DNA of 63,271 nucleotides, the filler included, from Desulfonatronovibrionaceae bacterium (GTDB taxonomy: Bacteria > Desulfobacterota > Desulfovibrionia > Desulfovibrionales > Desulfonatronovibrionaceae): assembly GCA_046539845.1 (NCBI GenBank). It is 3 parts of 3 records of this genome, joined end to end, with 100 filler letters (N's around TTAATTAATTAA, not from the genome) between each part and the next. Parts side by side here need not be neighbours in the genome. Positions count along the whole stretch, not along the records: positions 29,458 to 57,210 come from JBKHGE010000029.1; 2 more parts are not named here. One strand, given 5' to 3'. Positions 37,218 through 47,924 of the stretch are shown here, in pieces. The notes under the pieces are model-generated. The model was not told the DNA's origin. It saw nothing but the letters and a program-made list of their open reading frames with translations, and searched no databases. The position numbers and the translations under genes were made by a program. Numbering within the stretch: position 1 is the first letter of the stretch; every line of letters starts with the position of its first letter.

Positions 37218-38443
37218 TCAGGTTACGGGCAGGGAGACCTGGATCACTGTCCCTTCTTTCGGTTTGCTGTCCACCTTTATGCTCCCCTTGTGCTGATCCA
37301 CCACTATGGAATGGACTATGGACAGCCCTTGCCCGGTGCCCTTACCCACCTCTTTAGTGGTAAAAAAGGGATCAAAGATGCGCTCTTTTATCTCCCCGGG
37401 CATGCCTGTCCCGGTATCAGACACCGCCACAGTGACCATCTCCGGGCCGGATTCAGTCTTAATGGTTATAAGCCCTTTTTTTGTTGCGGCCTTATCCTTT
37501 ATCGCATCTACAGCATTGACAATTATATTCAAAAAGACCTGATTGATCCTCCCGCGGATGGCCTTTATCTCCGGCAGGTCCTCCTGCAGCTCGAGCCGCA
37601 TCTCTGCATCGTACTTCCAGGCGTTTTTGGTTACCGTAACCGCGTTGCGGATAATCTGGTTCAGATCCAGCCAGGTCTTTTCCTCTTCTCCCGGGTGAGC
37701 GAACTGTTTCATGGACGAGACGATTCCGGAAATCCTGTTCATGCCCTCGGAACTCTGGTCCAAAGCCCGGGGATCTCCTTAAGGGTGAATTCCAGATCCG
37801 CCTTTTGCAAAAGCCTCTCTGTTTTCTCCTTTTCCTCCCGGGTGAGCCCACCCCTCACCGTTTCATATATGCCCTGCAGATGGGCTAGAGTCTCGCTCAA
37901 AGGCGCAAATGCATCACGCAGAAAGCTCAAGTTGTCACTTACATACTGAGCGGGAGTGTTTATCTCATGGGCAATGCCCGAGGCCAGCTGACCTATGGCC
38001 TCCAGCTTCTGGGCCTGGCCGAGCTGCCCCTGCATGACCTTGAATTCGGTTATATCCGTGCCCACGATAAGGATCATCCACTGCTCCGGATCGGGCAAAT
38101 CCAATTAGTTCAAAACCCGCATATCCATAAACCCGGAACTCCCGTCGTTGCGGCGATAACGGACCTCCTTGTGCATGTTCTCGAATCCGGAATCCTTGAA
38201 GGTATTGTCCACGCTCTGCATCACCTCGGTCCAGTCCAGCCTGTTTGCCAGCTCGGAAAACGGCCTGTCCATAGCCTCGTTGCCACGGATATTAAACAGG
38301 ATCTCGGCCATGGAGTTCCAGGAACGGACAATCCCCTCAATGTCCAAAACGATAAGGACAAAAGGGAGGTGGTCAAAAACCATATTCAGCCGGACCTTAT
38401 CCGGATTGCCCGGATGGGCCGCCGGACCGTCAGTATAATCCAT
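37218..38443 (-). pseudogene. PAS sensor histidine kinase broken by a nonsense codon and a frameshift
   Basis: PAS (38443-38108), in-frame TAA (38105-38107), H-box LASGIAHEINTP, 1-nt deletion near 37766-37772, then HATPase N/G1/F/G2 boxes. Confidence 0.88.
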
Positions 38444-38759
38444 AAAAACCCCGGTTGTTTACAGCTTTGCTCTGCTATCCGAACACAGTCCCAAAATGCC
38501 GGTACTGCCAGCAATTTAAAGCTAGCACAAGAATATACGGACTAAAACCCCGGTCCTGACAATGATCCGGCTGAGGGAGATAACTGGGGCGTTTGGCAGG
38601 CATATAACAGACTAAATTCGAGCCTGGAACAGGGTGCGGAGGGAAGAAAGACCGGGAAAAGAAAAAACAGAGGCGTCGCCTACAAGTCCACAGCCGCCTG
38701 CAAGCAGGTAAACGGCCGCGAGTGCCCGGATCGGATCAGGGGTCCAGAGTACACCCGAT

Positions 38760-40055
38760 CTAGTTCATGGGCTCGATGGTATCGTATTCTGTACGCTTGG
38801 CGTCGTACATCTTCTGATCCGCCTCCTGCAAAAGGAGCTTGAGTGATTTGCCCGGTCCGAACTCACTGATCCCCACAGAAGCGGTCATACGCAGATCGGC
38901 ATCCTCATCTATGCATCGGCTAAGATCGATCTCAGCCACGGCTTCATGGACCCGGTCCCTGAACTCCGCGGCCTGTTCCGCGTCCATTCCCGGCAGCAGG
39001 ACCACGAACTCGTCCCCGCCCAGGCGGACGAATATATCGTACTTGCGGACGATTCCGGATATGACCCGGACCAATTCCCGCAGGAGCTGATCCCCGGCCT
39101 TGTGCCCGAATTTATCGTTTATGAACTTAAACCGGTCCAGATCAATAAAGACGAGGGAAACCGCAAACCCCTTGCGCTTGGAAAAATCCAGGATGCGCGG
39201 GGCATGTCTGAACAGATATTCCCGGTTGTATGCGCCGGTAAGCGGGTCCACCACCCGCTCCCTGTCCAGCTTGGCGTGATCCAGGACAGACACCAGACAG
39301 CAGGACAAGACAGAACAGAAATGCTCCAGAAAGTCAGTATCCTTATTCGGGAGATAGCGGTTGGGATCGGAATCGATAAAGGTAATAAAACCTATGGTCC
39401 GGCGCTGGTGGAACTTGTGCAAGAGCTTGCCCACAAAGCACGAGCCCTGATTCAGCCCGTCCGGAGAAGGAACGCAGCCCAGGGAAAAGGGCAGGATCTC
39501 CGGGGAGGGGAACGGCCCCATATAAGAGAGTTCTTCCGGATCCACCAGGCCCAGACCGTATCCCGCGGCCACCAGCTCCTCATTGGTGGCTTGATGCAGG
39601 CCCGTGGGCAGGAAACCGTCAAAAAGATCCTGGTCCAGCATCAGTCCTACCGACTCCAACTCAAATCCGGCCTTAAACTCGGCCAAAAGCTCTGGCAGGT
39701 GCCGCAGGTGGCGCAGGGCCTGGATGTTCTGACACTGGACATGGATGCGGTGAAAGGAACTCAAAATAGAGTCGTATCCGGCGGATGCGGCTCGCAGGTT
39801 ACTCCTTAGCTCCTGGTTGGTCTTGCGCAGGTCCTCCAGGGATTCCTCCAGTTCGGCATTTCCAGCCTCCAGGCTGTTTATGGCCGCGGTAAAGGAGTCA
39901 AATCTGGACTCAATGTCTCGAAGCCGCTCCAGAACACCCTCAGCGTCACCTTTTCTGGCCGCCATCCTGGCCCCTTCCAGGGTCTTGTCCAAGTCTCTGG
40001 ATCCGGGCTCGCGGAACGCATCCCGGGGTATGGATTGATTTTTGAGCTTATTCAT
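38760..40055 (-). CDS. Diguanylate cyclase with N-terminal coiled coil and GAF/DUF484-like region
   Basis: DPLTG..NR, DLDRFK.IND..GH..GD, RxxD I-site (RKYD) and intact GGDEF. Confidence 0.92.
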   Translation of the reverse strand: MNKLKNQSIPRDAFREPGSRDLDKTLEGARMAARKGDAEGVLERLRDIESRFDSFTAAINSLEAGNAELEESLEDLRKTNQELRSNLRAASAGYDSILSSFHRIHVQCQNIQALRHLRHLPELLAEFKAGFELESVGLMLDQDLFDGFLPTGLHQATNEELVAAGYGLGLVDPEELSYMGPFPSPEILPFSLGCVPSPDGLNQGSCFVGKLLHKFHQRRTIGFITFIDSDPNRYLPNKDTDFLEHFCSVLSCCLVSVLDHAKLDRERVVDPLTGAYNREYLFRHAPRILDFSKRKGFAVSLVFIDLDRFKFINDKFGHKAGDQLLRELVRVISGIVRKYDIFVRLGGDEFVVLLPGMDAEQAAEFRDRVHEAVAEIDLSRCIDEDADLRMTASVGISEFGPGKSLKLLLQEADQKMYDAKRTEYDTIEPMN

Positions 40056-41739
40056 TTGCTTTGTGGATGGTTATCTGGGTAAAAGGTATCCCCCAATTAT
40101 ACGTATTGCAGGCCTCAACCGCCAGCCGCTGAAGGCACCGATTCAGCCGTCCATAGAGTTCCGCCCTCCGGCCGTGAAAGTCAACTATCATAATCAGGTT
40201 CAGAGCGGAAGAACCTGCGGAGCTGAATTCCACGCGCAGATTGAGGAGATCGTCCGCATAGCCCTCTTTTTCCAGGCCTTTTTGGACAAGATTATGCAGC
40301 ATTTCCGGAATCCGGTCCGTACTTTCTGCTTGATGGGCGTAGTCAATACCGAAAACTACCCGCAGACGGAAGTTGGTGGAAAGATTGACCGGGGCACGGC
40401 CCAAAAAATCAGCAGTCTGATAAGTCTGTCTGCTCCCTCCGCGTTTAACAAGCTGGACCATTTCATGCGTCTGGCTGATCACCCGCCCCCGTTCCCCGTC
40501 GTCCTCGAACAGAATCCAGTCCCCTTTTGTGCATGGGAACCACGGCTCAGTCGGGGCAAAAGGCCGGGAATGCCTATCCAAGAGCTCCTTTATGGGAATG
40601 CGCAGTCTGCATTTTTCAAAGGCCGGGTTTTCCAGATCAGTATAAAAATTCAGCTTGGACACCTTCCAGGGAACACCGGCATATACCAGCCTTTCTCCTT
40701 CCCGAACCGCCCCGAGGTTCAAAAACAGTTTGATCTGTTCCCAAAACCGCATAAGGCCCTGCTTGGCCGTCCATCCCAGCCCCAAGAGGAAAATAATGAT
40801 CAGACTAAGAAGCACCCAGTCCCCAACGGCAAAGAGCACGGCCATCAGGGCGCCGATGGCCGCAGTCAGGGTCAGGATATGGAAGATTAGCTCCCCCAGT
40901 CTGGCGTAAAAGCCCCTGATTTCCGCCCCTTTACGCCTGCCGGGCATAATGCGTATCAGACGGCGCAGGACATAACGCAGACCGATAAACACAGCCAAAA
41001 AGGACAAAACCGCCAAAAACGCGTTCTTCCCTCGGTTGCGGAAAAAACCCTCCACATTTTGGCGCGCGGACTGAATAAAGGACTGCTTTTCCTGTTCCAG
41101 CTTGTCCAGTTGGGAACTTACCACCGCCAGAGAGTTCTTTAGGCGCTTCCTTCTGTCTTCCCACTTCCGGTGTAGAGACTGCAGAGATTTTTGCAAATCC
41201 GGGTTTTCAGTCTCTTGCATCAGAGCGGACATATTTTTCAAGGCCTTATTAACAACCGAAAGCCTCTCTCGGGTCTCTTCGGCCTCAGCCTGGAGTCGTT
41301 CTTTCTTGCGGGGCCCGGCGGTCAATTTCTTGAGCTCCTGGACCAGAGGCCGGACCAGGCTGATTACTTCCTGATTCCATTTAAACTCGGGCTCTTCCCC
41401 GCCTTCCACCGCTTTGGGATCAACACCGGCGGCAATATGCAAAAAATTTTTTTCCAGCTCTTGGATCGAAGAACTGATTTCGTTTATATCCTTGAGAATT
41501 TCGTTTTTGCTCTCCGCGGACTTCGCCTCTTCCAGCTCCTCCCTCCTCTGTCTTAGCTGCCCACGGAGTTCGGACTGCTGCTCCTCTATGCTCTCCAGGA
41601 CCACCAAAGAGCCCAAATTCTCGGCTTTCCCCGGCTCGGGAGGAATCACTACCTCATTGCCCCACACCGGTACCACGGCCCAGAAAAGAAGCCAAAGCAG
41701 TAAAAGCGATGTACTCCGCCTTGGCCGGCATAAAAGCAT
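40048..41739 (-). CDS. MscS-family mechanosensitive channel-like protein with long periplasmic coiled coil
   Basis: Signal peptide, coiled coil, three TM helices, then VREGER, FGIDY and IPFTQITIH C-terminus; start uncertain. Confidence 0.78.
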   Translation of the reverse strand: MLLCRPRRSTSLLLLWLLFWAVVPVWGNEVVIPPEPGKAENLGSLVVLESIEEQQSELRGQLRQRREELEEAKSAESKNEILKDINEISSSIQELEKNFLHIAAGVDPKAVEGGEEPEFKWNQEVISLVRPLVQELKKLTAGPRKKERLQAEAEETRERLSVVNKALKNMSALMQETENPDLQKSLQSLHRKWEDRRKRLKNSLAVVSSQLDKLEQEKQSFIQSARQNVEGFFRNRGKNAFLAVLSFLAVFIGLRYVLRRLIRIMPGRRKGAEIRGFYARLGELIFHILTLTAAIGALMAVLFAVGDWVLLSLIIIFLLGLGWTAKQGLMRFWEQIKLFLNLGAVREGERLVYAGVPWKVSKLNFYTDLENPAFEKCRLRIPIKELLDRHSRPFAPTEPWFPCTKGDWILFEDDGERGRVISQTHEMVQLVKRGGSRQTYQTADFLGRAPVNLSTNFRLRVVFGIDYAHQAESTDRIPEMLHNLVQKGLEKEGYADDLLNLRVEFSSAGSSALNLIMIVDFHGRRAELYGRLNRCLQRLAVEACNTYNWGIPFTQITIHKANE

Positions 41740-41868
41740 TCCCGCCGCTTTGAGGCTTAAATAGTCCTGATTTTTGCCCATCCGAATTGAAGTATATCCG
41801 TAAAAAAGGTTTACCCCTACAGGGGACAACAAATTATTTACTGCCTTCCCGGATACCGCATTCAAGGC

Positions 41869-44298
41869 CTATTTCGGGACTAAACCGGGCTGCTGCAGCC
41901 GATCAAAAGATCCTAAATCCTCTTTCCCCCGTAAACAGGTGAGACTGAAATCTTTTCCCATGCGGTTAAAGCTCACGTCTATCTGACCACATCCGGAGGT
42001 GCTCAAAAGGGGAATCTCGTGTTCAAAGAGATATTCGCTGACCCTTTTGTTCGGCAGACGGAAATAATTGAGAAACCCGGCTGACACCAGACATACCTCT
42101 GGGTCCACCCGCTGGTAGAACCGGGGGGAAAAACTGCTTTTGCTACCGTGGTGCGGCAAAATCAAAACATCCGCATCCAGAACGACCCCGGAATCCAAAA
42201 GGTCACTTATCGCCTTTTTCTCAATATCCCCGGGTATAAGGGCCAGACCACGGCCCTTATAAGTCAGGCGCAAGACAAGGGAATTGTTGTTGCTTTTATC
42301 ATACCTGTGGCTTGGCTGCGGGTGCAGTATCTCCAGATGCAAACCGCCGTCCAAAGGCACCCTGTCCCCTGCCTGCAGGACCCTGACCTTTTGGGCCCCT
42401 TGGCGTACAGCTTCGGCCAAAAGCTGGCCGTCAACCTTGTCCGGCCAGATCCCGTTGAACCAGAATCTTTCAATCCGGGCGTGGGCCAGGGGATAATAAA
42501 GACCGCGCATATGGTCCATATCCCCGTGGGAGAGAATACAGTTCTTTGCACTCGGCCACCGTCTCCAGGCCATGGCCGGGGCAACCACCCGCCGACCCAG
42601 GTCATAGTCCAAATTCCAGGATCCGCCACCGTCGACTATGGTCAGTTCTCCGGACCGGGAGCGGAGGAATACGCATTGACCCTGCCCGACATCCATAAGC
42701 TGCAGACGAACAATACTTTGGTCCGCACCCGGGATATACGGGGCCACAGCTGCCAGGGACACTAGTACAGCGCAGATTATGCCTGCTTTGCCTATTTTTC
42801 GGTAACAGAAAAAACTGACAATTAAAAGGAGGAAAAAGTAATAGGCCGCAATAATTCCCCAACCGGGGCGGAGGATTAGAAAAGGGTCAAGCCAAAGGCG
42901 CTCATCCAACAGGGACAAAAAATCAGCCAGCGGATTGAGCACGCTTCCGGCCAGCCAGAAAAAAAACGGGGCCGTGGCTGGGATAAACAGACTGGCAAAA
43001 AGGCCAAAGAAAAACAGGGGCAGGATAAACAGCCCCAAAGCCGGGATCCAAATCAGGTTCAGATACAGATGCCGGCTCAGATAGCCAAAAGTCCAGGCCT
43101 GGACCGGCAAAAGAAAAATATTCACGGCCAGGGTAACCAGGGACAGCCCCAAAAGATACACTATCACCGGCCGGAGAAAAAAGAAGGGTATCTTTTTCAA
43201 AACCCGGGCCATAAGTGGCTGAAAAACACATATCCCGGCCACGGCCAATGCAGATAGCTGTAGACTCAGATCGAATACCGCCAGGGGATTGACCGCCAAA
43301 ATGACCGCCAGGGCGGCGAACAAGGCGTCGGACAGATTGCGGCTTCGCCCGAACCAGACCAAGGCCCCCCAAAAAAAGAACATCAGCCCGGAACGGACCA
43401 AAGAATGCGGGGCCTGTCCCAGCCAGACATATAAAAAACACAGGGGAACGGCCAAACAAAAGGCGAGCCTAGGCCGTGGTAAAAAAAGATACACTCGGGG
43501 GAAGAGTGCGCCCGTGGCCCCGGCCGCCAGCCATCCGAGCAAAACGAGCATGCCCAGATGCATCCCAGACAAGGCCAGAGTGTGTCCGAGCGATGCCCGC
43601 CTGACCCGGTCCACGAAATCGGGTTCAAGATAATACCTTTCTCCAAACAACAGGGCCAGGGCAGTGCCCTTAAGGCGCCGGACACGCTCCTCTGACCACC
43701 CCCCTTCAAGGGAGTCCGCAGCCTCGCGCACTCCCTGCATCAACCGCATCCGCATCCGGCTCCAGAAAGTCCCCTCCCCGCTCAAAAGGACCCCGGACTC
43801 ATCCTCCACTGCGTAGCTGCGCCAGAAGACCCCTTGTTTCTCCCAGTAGAACTCCCCGTTCCACACCCCTTGGTTGGCCAGGGAATGGACCGGTTTGACC
43901 CGGGACTCAAAGCTCATCTCCTGCCCGGGAAGGACCAGCCTTGGGGAATCATACCAGTTGACCACCATTTTCCCGGGCAGTACGTGACCTTGGGAGCCGT
44001 TTTTGATCCTGGCCCGGTCCAAAACCAGCCGCTGTCTTCTCCCCGGCTTGGTCTCCGCTCGAGTCACGATCCCGGAGATGCGCACTTTGTCCCGGTTGAG
44101 CACGAATTCGGGGAGATCCTGTTCGGGAGCCTGTGGACAGGACAAGTCAGCTGCGAGCAGTCCCAGGCCAAAGGCAGCGGCGCAGAAAAAAAGGCTCTTT
44201 TTGCTCCGCACCCAGAGCAAGGCCTGGATAAGGAGGATAAATCCAGCCGCAATCGGGTAACACAGGCCCCAAATGCCGGTTATATAAGCGGCAACCAA
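41869..44298 (-). CDS. comEC: DNA internalization competence protein ComEC/Rec2
   Basis: HTLALSGMH, LSLQLS, DVGQG, SHGDMDH and PHHGS motifs; start uncertain. Confidence 0.93.
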   Translation of the reverse strand: MVAAYITGIWGLCYPIAAGFILLIQALLWVRSKKSLFFCAAAFGLGLLAADLSCPQAPEQDLPEFVLNRDKVRISGIVTRAETKPGRRQRLVLDRARIKNGSQGHVLPGKMVVNWYDSPRLVLPGQEMSFESRVKPVHSLANQGVWNGEFYWEKQGVFWRSYAVEDESGVLLSGEGTFWSRMRMRLMQGVREAADSLEGGWSEERVRRLKGTALALLFGERYYLEPDFVDRVRRASLGHTLALSGMHLGMLVLLGWLAAGATGALFPRVYLFLPRPRLAFCLAVPLCFLYVWLGQAPHSLVRSGLMFFFWGALVWFGRSRNLSDALFAALAVILAVNPLAVFDLSLQLSALAVAGICVFQPLMARVLKKIPFFFLRPVIVYLLGLSLVTLAVNIFLLPVQAWTFGYLSRHLYLNLIWIPALGLFILPLFFFGLFASLFIPATAPFFFWLAGSVLNPLADFLSLLDERLWLDPFLILRPGWGIIAAYYFFLLLIVSFFCYRKIGKAGIICAVLVSLAAVAPYIPGADQSIVRLQLMDVGQGQCVFLRSRSGELTIVDGGGSWNLDYDLGRRVVAPAMAWRRWPSAKNCILSHGDMDHMRGLYYPLAHARIERFWFNGIWPDKVDGQLLAEAVRQGAQKVRVLQAGDRVPLDGGLHLEILHPQPSHRYDKSNNNSLVLRLTYKGRGLALIPGDIEKKAISDLLDSGVVLDADVLILPHHGSKSSFSPRFYQRVDPEVCLVSAGFLNYFRLPNKRVSEYLFEHEIPLLSTSGCGQIDVSFNRMGKDFSLTCLRGKEDLGSFDRLQQPGLVPK

Positions 44299-44336
44299 TC
44301 TTTGCCAAAAAAGAAAATGCAGGGAATGCGGTTCGT

Positions 44337-46493
44337 CTATCTGTCTACGGATTTCTTGAGCACCTGCCTGGGTTTGCTCCCTTCCTGCGGACCGATGACC
44401 CCGTCTTTTTCCATCTGCTCGATAAAGAGAGCCGCCTTGTTGAACCCAATCCTGAGTCTCCTCTGGATCAAAGAGATGGAGGCCTTGCCGTGCTCCATCA
44501 CGAACTCCACCGCCTCCCCGTATCTGGGATCGTCCAGGACCGGATCTCCATCGTCCCCACCATTGAACTGACTGTTATTGTCGTCTTTGAACCGAGAGAG
44601 ATCCACCGATTCCTCTCCGCCGCCCTTGTTCTTCCAGAACTCGACAACTGCACTTATCTCCTCGTCCCGGAGGAACGAACCGTGAATCCTCCGCAGCTGT
44701 CCGCCGCCGGGCTTGAAGAGCATATCTCCCTGCCCCAGGAGGTATTCGGCCCCGGCTGTATCCAGAATAGTCCGGGAATCGTGCTTGGAACTTACTTGAA
44801 AGGCTATCCGCGAAGGGAAATTGGCCTTGATGATTCCGGTAACCACATCCACAGAAGGCCGCTGCGTGGCCAGGATCAGATGTATTCCCGCGGCCCGGGC
44901 CAGCTGGGCCAACCGGACTATGCTCACCTCTACCTCCTTGGCTGCTGTGAGCATCAGATCAGCCAGCTCGTCGATTATAACCACCAGATAGGGCATAAAC
45001 TCCAGATCGGCAAGCTCGGGCTCCTTTTCCCGGTCCACTGCCGCCAGCTTCTCATTGTAGGCCTGGATATTTCGTACTCCCAATCTGGCCATGGCGTCGT
45101 AGCGCCTCTCCATCTCATGCACCGCCCAGTCCAGGGCCACCTGGGCCAGAGACATGTCCGTGACCACCGGATGGACTAGATGAGGCAGGTCGTTGTACAC
45201 GGCCAATTCGATCCTTTTGGGGTCCACGAGCAGAAAACGCAAGTCCTGCGGGCCGGCCTTAAACAAAAGACTAACAATAAGCGAGTTCAGACAGACGCTT
45301 TTTCCGGTCCCTGTGGCCCCGGCCACCAGCAGATGCGGCATCCGGGCCAGATCTTCCACGCAGGGCACACCCTGGATATCCTGCCCCAGGACCAGGGGCA
45401 GAGGTGCACCGGTATCGGAAAAAGCCGGCGATTCCAGGATCTCGCGCAGATACACAGTCTTTTTTCGCTTGTTGGGGATCTCTATGCCCACTGTATCCCG
45501 GCCAGGCATGGGGGCAATAATGCGCACGGAAACCGCTTTCAGGGCCCGGGCCAGATCGTCGTTCAGATTGGCTATGCGGCTTACCTTTACCCCCGGGGCC
45601 GGCTTGAACTCGAGCATGGTTATCACCGGTCCGGGCTGGGTCTTCTGGACATCCCCGCGGATGCCGAATTCCTCCAGGCACTCCCGGACCAGCCGACCCA
45701 GGACCTCAAGCTCGGAATCGTCAACTGCGGTCCTGCTCTCCGCAGGCCGCTTTAAAAGCCCCAACGGGGGAAAGGAGCGGTCGGCATCAATTCGGGCCGG
45801 CAGATTTGGCTTCTGCCCCGACTTACCGTTTGCCGGGGCCGATTTCCTTTTTTTTTCCCCGGAACTTTTGCCCCCTTTCTTACCTTTGCTGTTCCCGGAA
45901 CGGTCGGCTCGCTTTTCCACTTCCGGGGGCCTGGAATCCAGGACCACGGTGCAAAGATAAGAGAAAAAGCCGCGCAATCCCTTTATCACTCCGGCCCAGG
46001 AAAAACCCCCGCCGAGCTGGAGAAAGACCAAGCTCAAACAAACCATAACCAAAATCGAGCCCCAGAAGCGGAAATAATGAAGGAGCAAAGAGTTTACCGC
46101 CCCGCCTGCAAGCCCCCCTCCGGACATATTAAAGACCTGAATGTTCTGTTTAGGCCAGCCGTAGGCGAACCAGACCGAAAGGACCAGGACAATGCCGGCC
46201 AATCCCACCCCCTGCCACCAGCGGACCCGACAGGAAGGGAAAAACATGGCCAGAGAGACATAGATCAGAATAAAGGGGAAAATAAGGGAGACCACCCCAA
46301 AAAGCTCAACCAGAGTGCCGGCCAAATAAGAGCCAACCACCCCGGCCATATTGTGCACCTCATACCCGGAACCAACCTGCTGATTAAAGGTCGGGTCTGT
46401 AGGCCAGAAAGAATAGAGGCTCACGGCCGCAAACAAGGCCAGAAAAAACACGATTACCGCTGCGAACTCGCGGATCAGTCTGTTGCCGTCCAA
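44337..46493 (-). CDS. ftsK: DNA translocase FtsK
   Basis: N-terminal TMs, MPHLLVAGATGTGKS, IIDELADL, ATQRPS and gamma domain QRRLRIGFNKA; TTG start after GGGGAG. Confidence 0.96.
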   Translation of the reverse strand: MDGNRLIREFAAVIVFFLALFAAVSLYSFWPTDPTFNQQVGSGYEVHNMAGVVGSYLAGTLVELFGVVSLIFPFILIYVSLAMFFPSCRVRWWQGVGLAGIVLVLSVWFAYGWPKQNIQVFNMSGGGLAGGAVNSLLLHYFRFWGSILVMVCLSLVFLQLGGGFSWAGVIKGLRGFFSYLCTVVLDSRPPEVEKRADRSGNSKGKKGGKSSGEKKRKSAPANGKSGQKPNLPARIDADRSFPPLGLLKRPAESRTAVDDSELEVLGRLVRECLEEFGIRGDVQKTQPGPVITMLEFKPAPGVKVSRIANLNDDLARALKAVSVRIIAPMPGRDTVGIEIPNKRKKTVYLREILESPAFSDTGAPLPLVLGQDIQGVPCVEDLARMPHLLVAGATGTGKSVCLNSLIVSLLFKAGPQDLRFLLVDPKRIELAVYNDLPHLVHPVVTDMSLAQVALDWAVHEMERRYDAMARLGVRNIQAYNEKLAAVDREKEPELADLEFMPYLVVIIDELADLMLTAAKEVEVSIVRLAQLARAAGIHLILATQRPSVDVVTGIIKANFPSRIAFQVSSKHDSRTILDTAGAEYLLGQGDMLFKPGGGQLRRIHGSFLRDEEISAVVEFWKNKGGGEESVDLSRFKDDNNSQFNGGDDGDPVLDDPRYGEAVEFVMEHGKASISLIQRRLRIGFNKAALFIEQMEKDGVIGPQEGSKPRQVLKKSVDR

Positions 46494-46634
46494 GTTGTCT
46501 CCCCGCTTTTTTTCCGTTTTTTGTTCCCGCTGGCTCAACCGACTCGGACCATCATTATCCGATTTGAGCACAGCGTTCAATGAAAAACATGGACCGAACT
46601 GCCGGGCTTTGGCTATACCGACTAGGCCTGTTTC

Positions 46635-46661
46635 TTGACAGATAAAAAACCAGGGTATAAA
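46635..46661 (+). promoter_or_regulatory. Putative sigma70 promoter of adk
   Basis: TTGACA then TATAAA (15-nt spacer, suboptimal) upstream of SD AAGGAGGA. Confidence 0.4.
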
Positions 46662-46695
46662 CATTTGTGAAATTTTTCTTAAGGAGGATTGACAA

Positions 46696-47370
46696 TTGAA
46701 TATCTTGATTTTCGGACCAAACGGTAGCGGTAAAGGCACGCAGGGATCACTGGTCAAAAACAAATACAACCTGGCCCATATCGAATCCGGGGCTATTTTC
46801 CGGGAGCATATCGGCCAGGGCACTGAGCTGGGCAAAAAGGCCAAGGAGTACATCGACAGAGGCGATCTGGTCCCGGACGACATCACCATTCCCATGGTCC
46901 TGGAGACCCTGAAAAAGGAAGGCAAGGGCGGATGGCTACTGGACGGATTCCCCCGCAATATTGAACAGGCCAAAAAGCTCTGGGATGCCCTGGAGAAGGA
47001 AGGAATGGGCCTGGACTACGTCATCGAGATCCTGTTGCCCCGGCAGACCGCCAAGAACCGGATCATGGGCCGCCGCTTGTGCGTGAATGATCCCAACCAC
47101 CCCAACAATATCTATATCGACGCCATCAAGCCGGACGGGGACAAGTGCCGGGTATGCGGCGGGGAACTCAAGGCCAGATCCGACGACCAGGACGAAGCGG
47201 CCATAGATAAGAGACACGACATCTATTACGACACCGAGACCGGGACGCTGGCTGCCGCCTATTTTTACAAGGACCTAGCCTCCAAGACTGACGGGCTGGA
47301 GTATATAGAGCTGGACGGTGAAGGCAAGATCGAAGACATCAAGGACAAGCTGCTCAAGCAGCTGGATTAA
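46696..47370 (+). CDS. adk: Adenylate kinase with Cys/His metal-binding LID
   Basis: GPNGSGKGTQ, LVPD and LDGFPR motifs; LID C-x5-H-x15-C-x2-C; TTG start. Confidence 0.97.
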   Translation: MNILIFGPNGSGKGTQGSLVKNKYNLAHIESGAIFREHIGQGTELGKKAKEYIDRGDLVPDDITIPMVLETLKKEGKGGWLLDGFPRNIEQAKKLWDALEKEGMGLDYVIEILLPRQTAKNRIMGRRLCVNDPNHPNNIYIDAIKPDGDKCRVCGGELKARSDDQDEAAIDKRHDIYYDTETGTLAAAYFYKDLASKTDGLEYIELDGEGKIEDIKDKLLKQLD

Positions 47371-47419
47371 AACTCGGCCCCGGTCCGGGCGTTAATCCTG
47401 ACCGGGGCGGAGGCAAAAA

Positions 47420-47911
47420 ATGCAGCTGAACATAGTTGAACCGCATACCCCTCCACCGGTAGACCGGGCGTATGCAGTAAGCATGACCATCGTCTCCTTC
47501 AAGGGCAGACGAAACGTACAGGTCCATCTCTTCCGGCCGGACTGGGACCCGGAAGAAGAAAAACAGATGCCCTGGGAAAGCCTTCTGGGCGATCCGGTAA
47601 GCGAGGAGGCCGATCCGGACCCAGTGCGCTCCGGGAAGGTGATAATGGAGGCCTTCACCCGCGAAGAACGGGACGAAATAATCGATTATCTCCAAAAAAG
47701 GTACTCTTCCCGGTTGAAGAGCATAGACAGCGCCCCACTCGAATTCCCTATTCCCAAGGGGCTTGCTCCTCTGAGCGGGCTGACCGGGGGAGAGAACCTG
47801 GGCATAATGAGACTGGAGATCGTGCCCAACTATCCCCTGCCTTATCCGGTACACGGTTTTTTTGACTTAAGCGCCCATCAGCCGATAATGGCCGGAGAGA
47901 ACGGGGAGTAG
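47420..47911 (+). CDS. Hypothetical protein
   Basis: SD GGAGG; host-like codon usage; fills the gap between adk and aat. Confidence 0.75.
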   Translation: MQLNIVEPHTPPPVDRAYAVSMTIVSFKGRRNVQVHLFRPDWDPEEEKQMPWESLLGDPVSEEADPDPVRSGKVIMEAFTREERDEIIDYLQKRYSSRLKSIDSAPLEFPIPKGLAPLSGLTGGENLGIMRLEIVPNYPLPYPVHGFFDLSAHQPIMAGENGE

Positions 47912-47924
47912 CCCGGGTGCGGGT

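Noticed and set aside
44298..44340. Possible second AUA start for comEC overlapping the ftsK stop
   Set aside because: The frame is open, but there is no SD and no bounding stop; much weaker than the hflX case.
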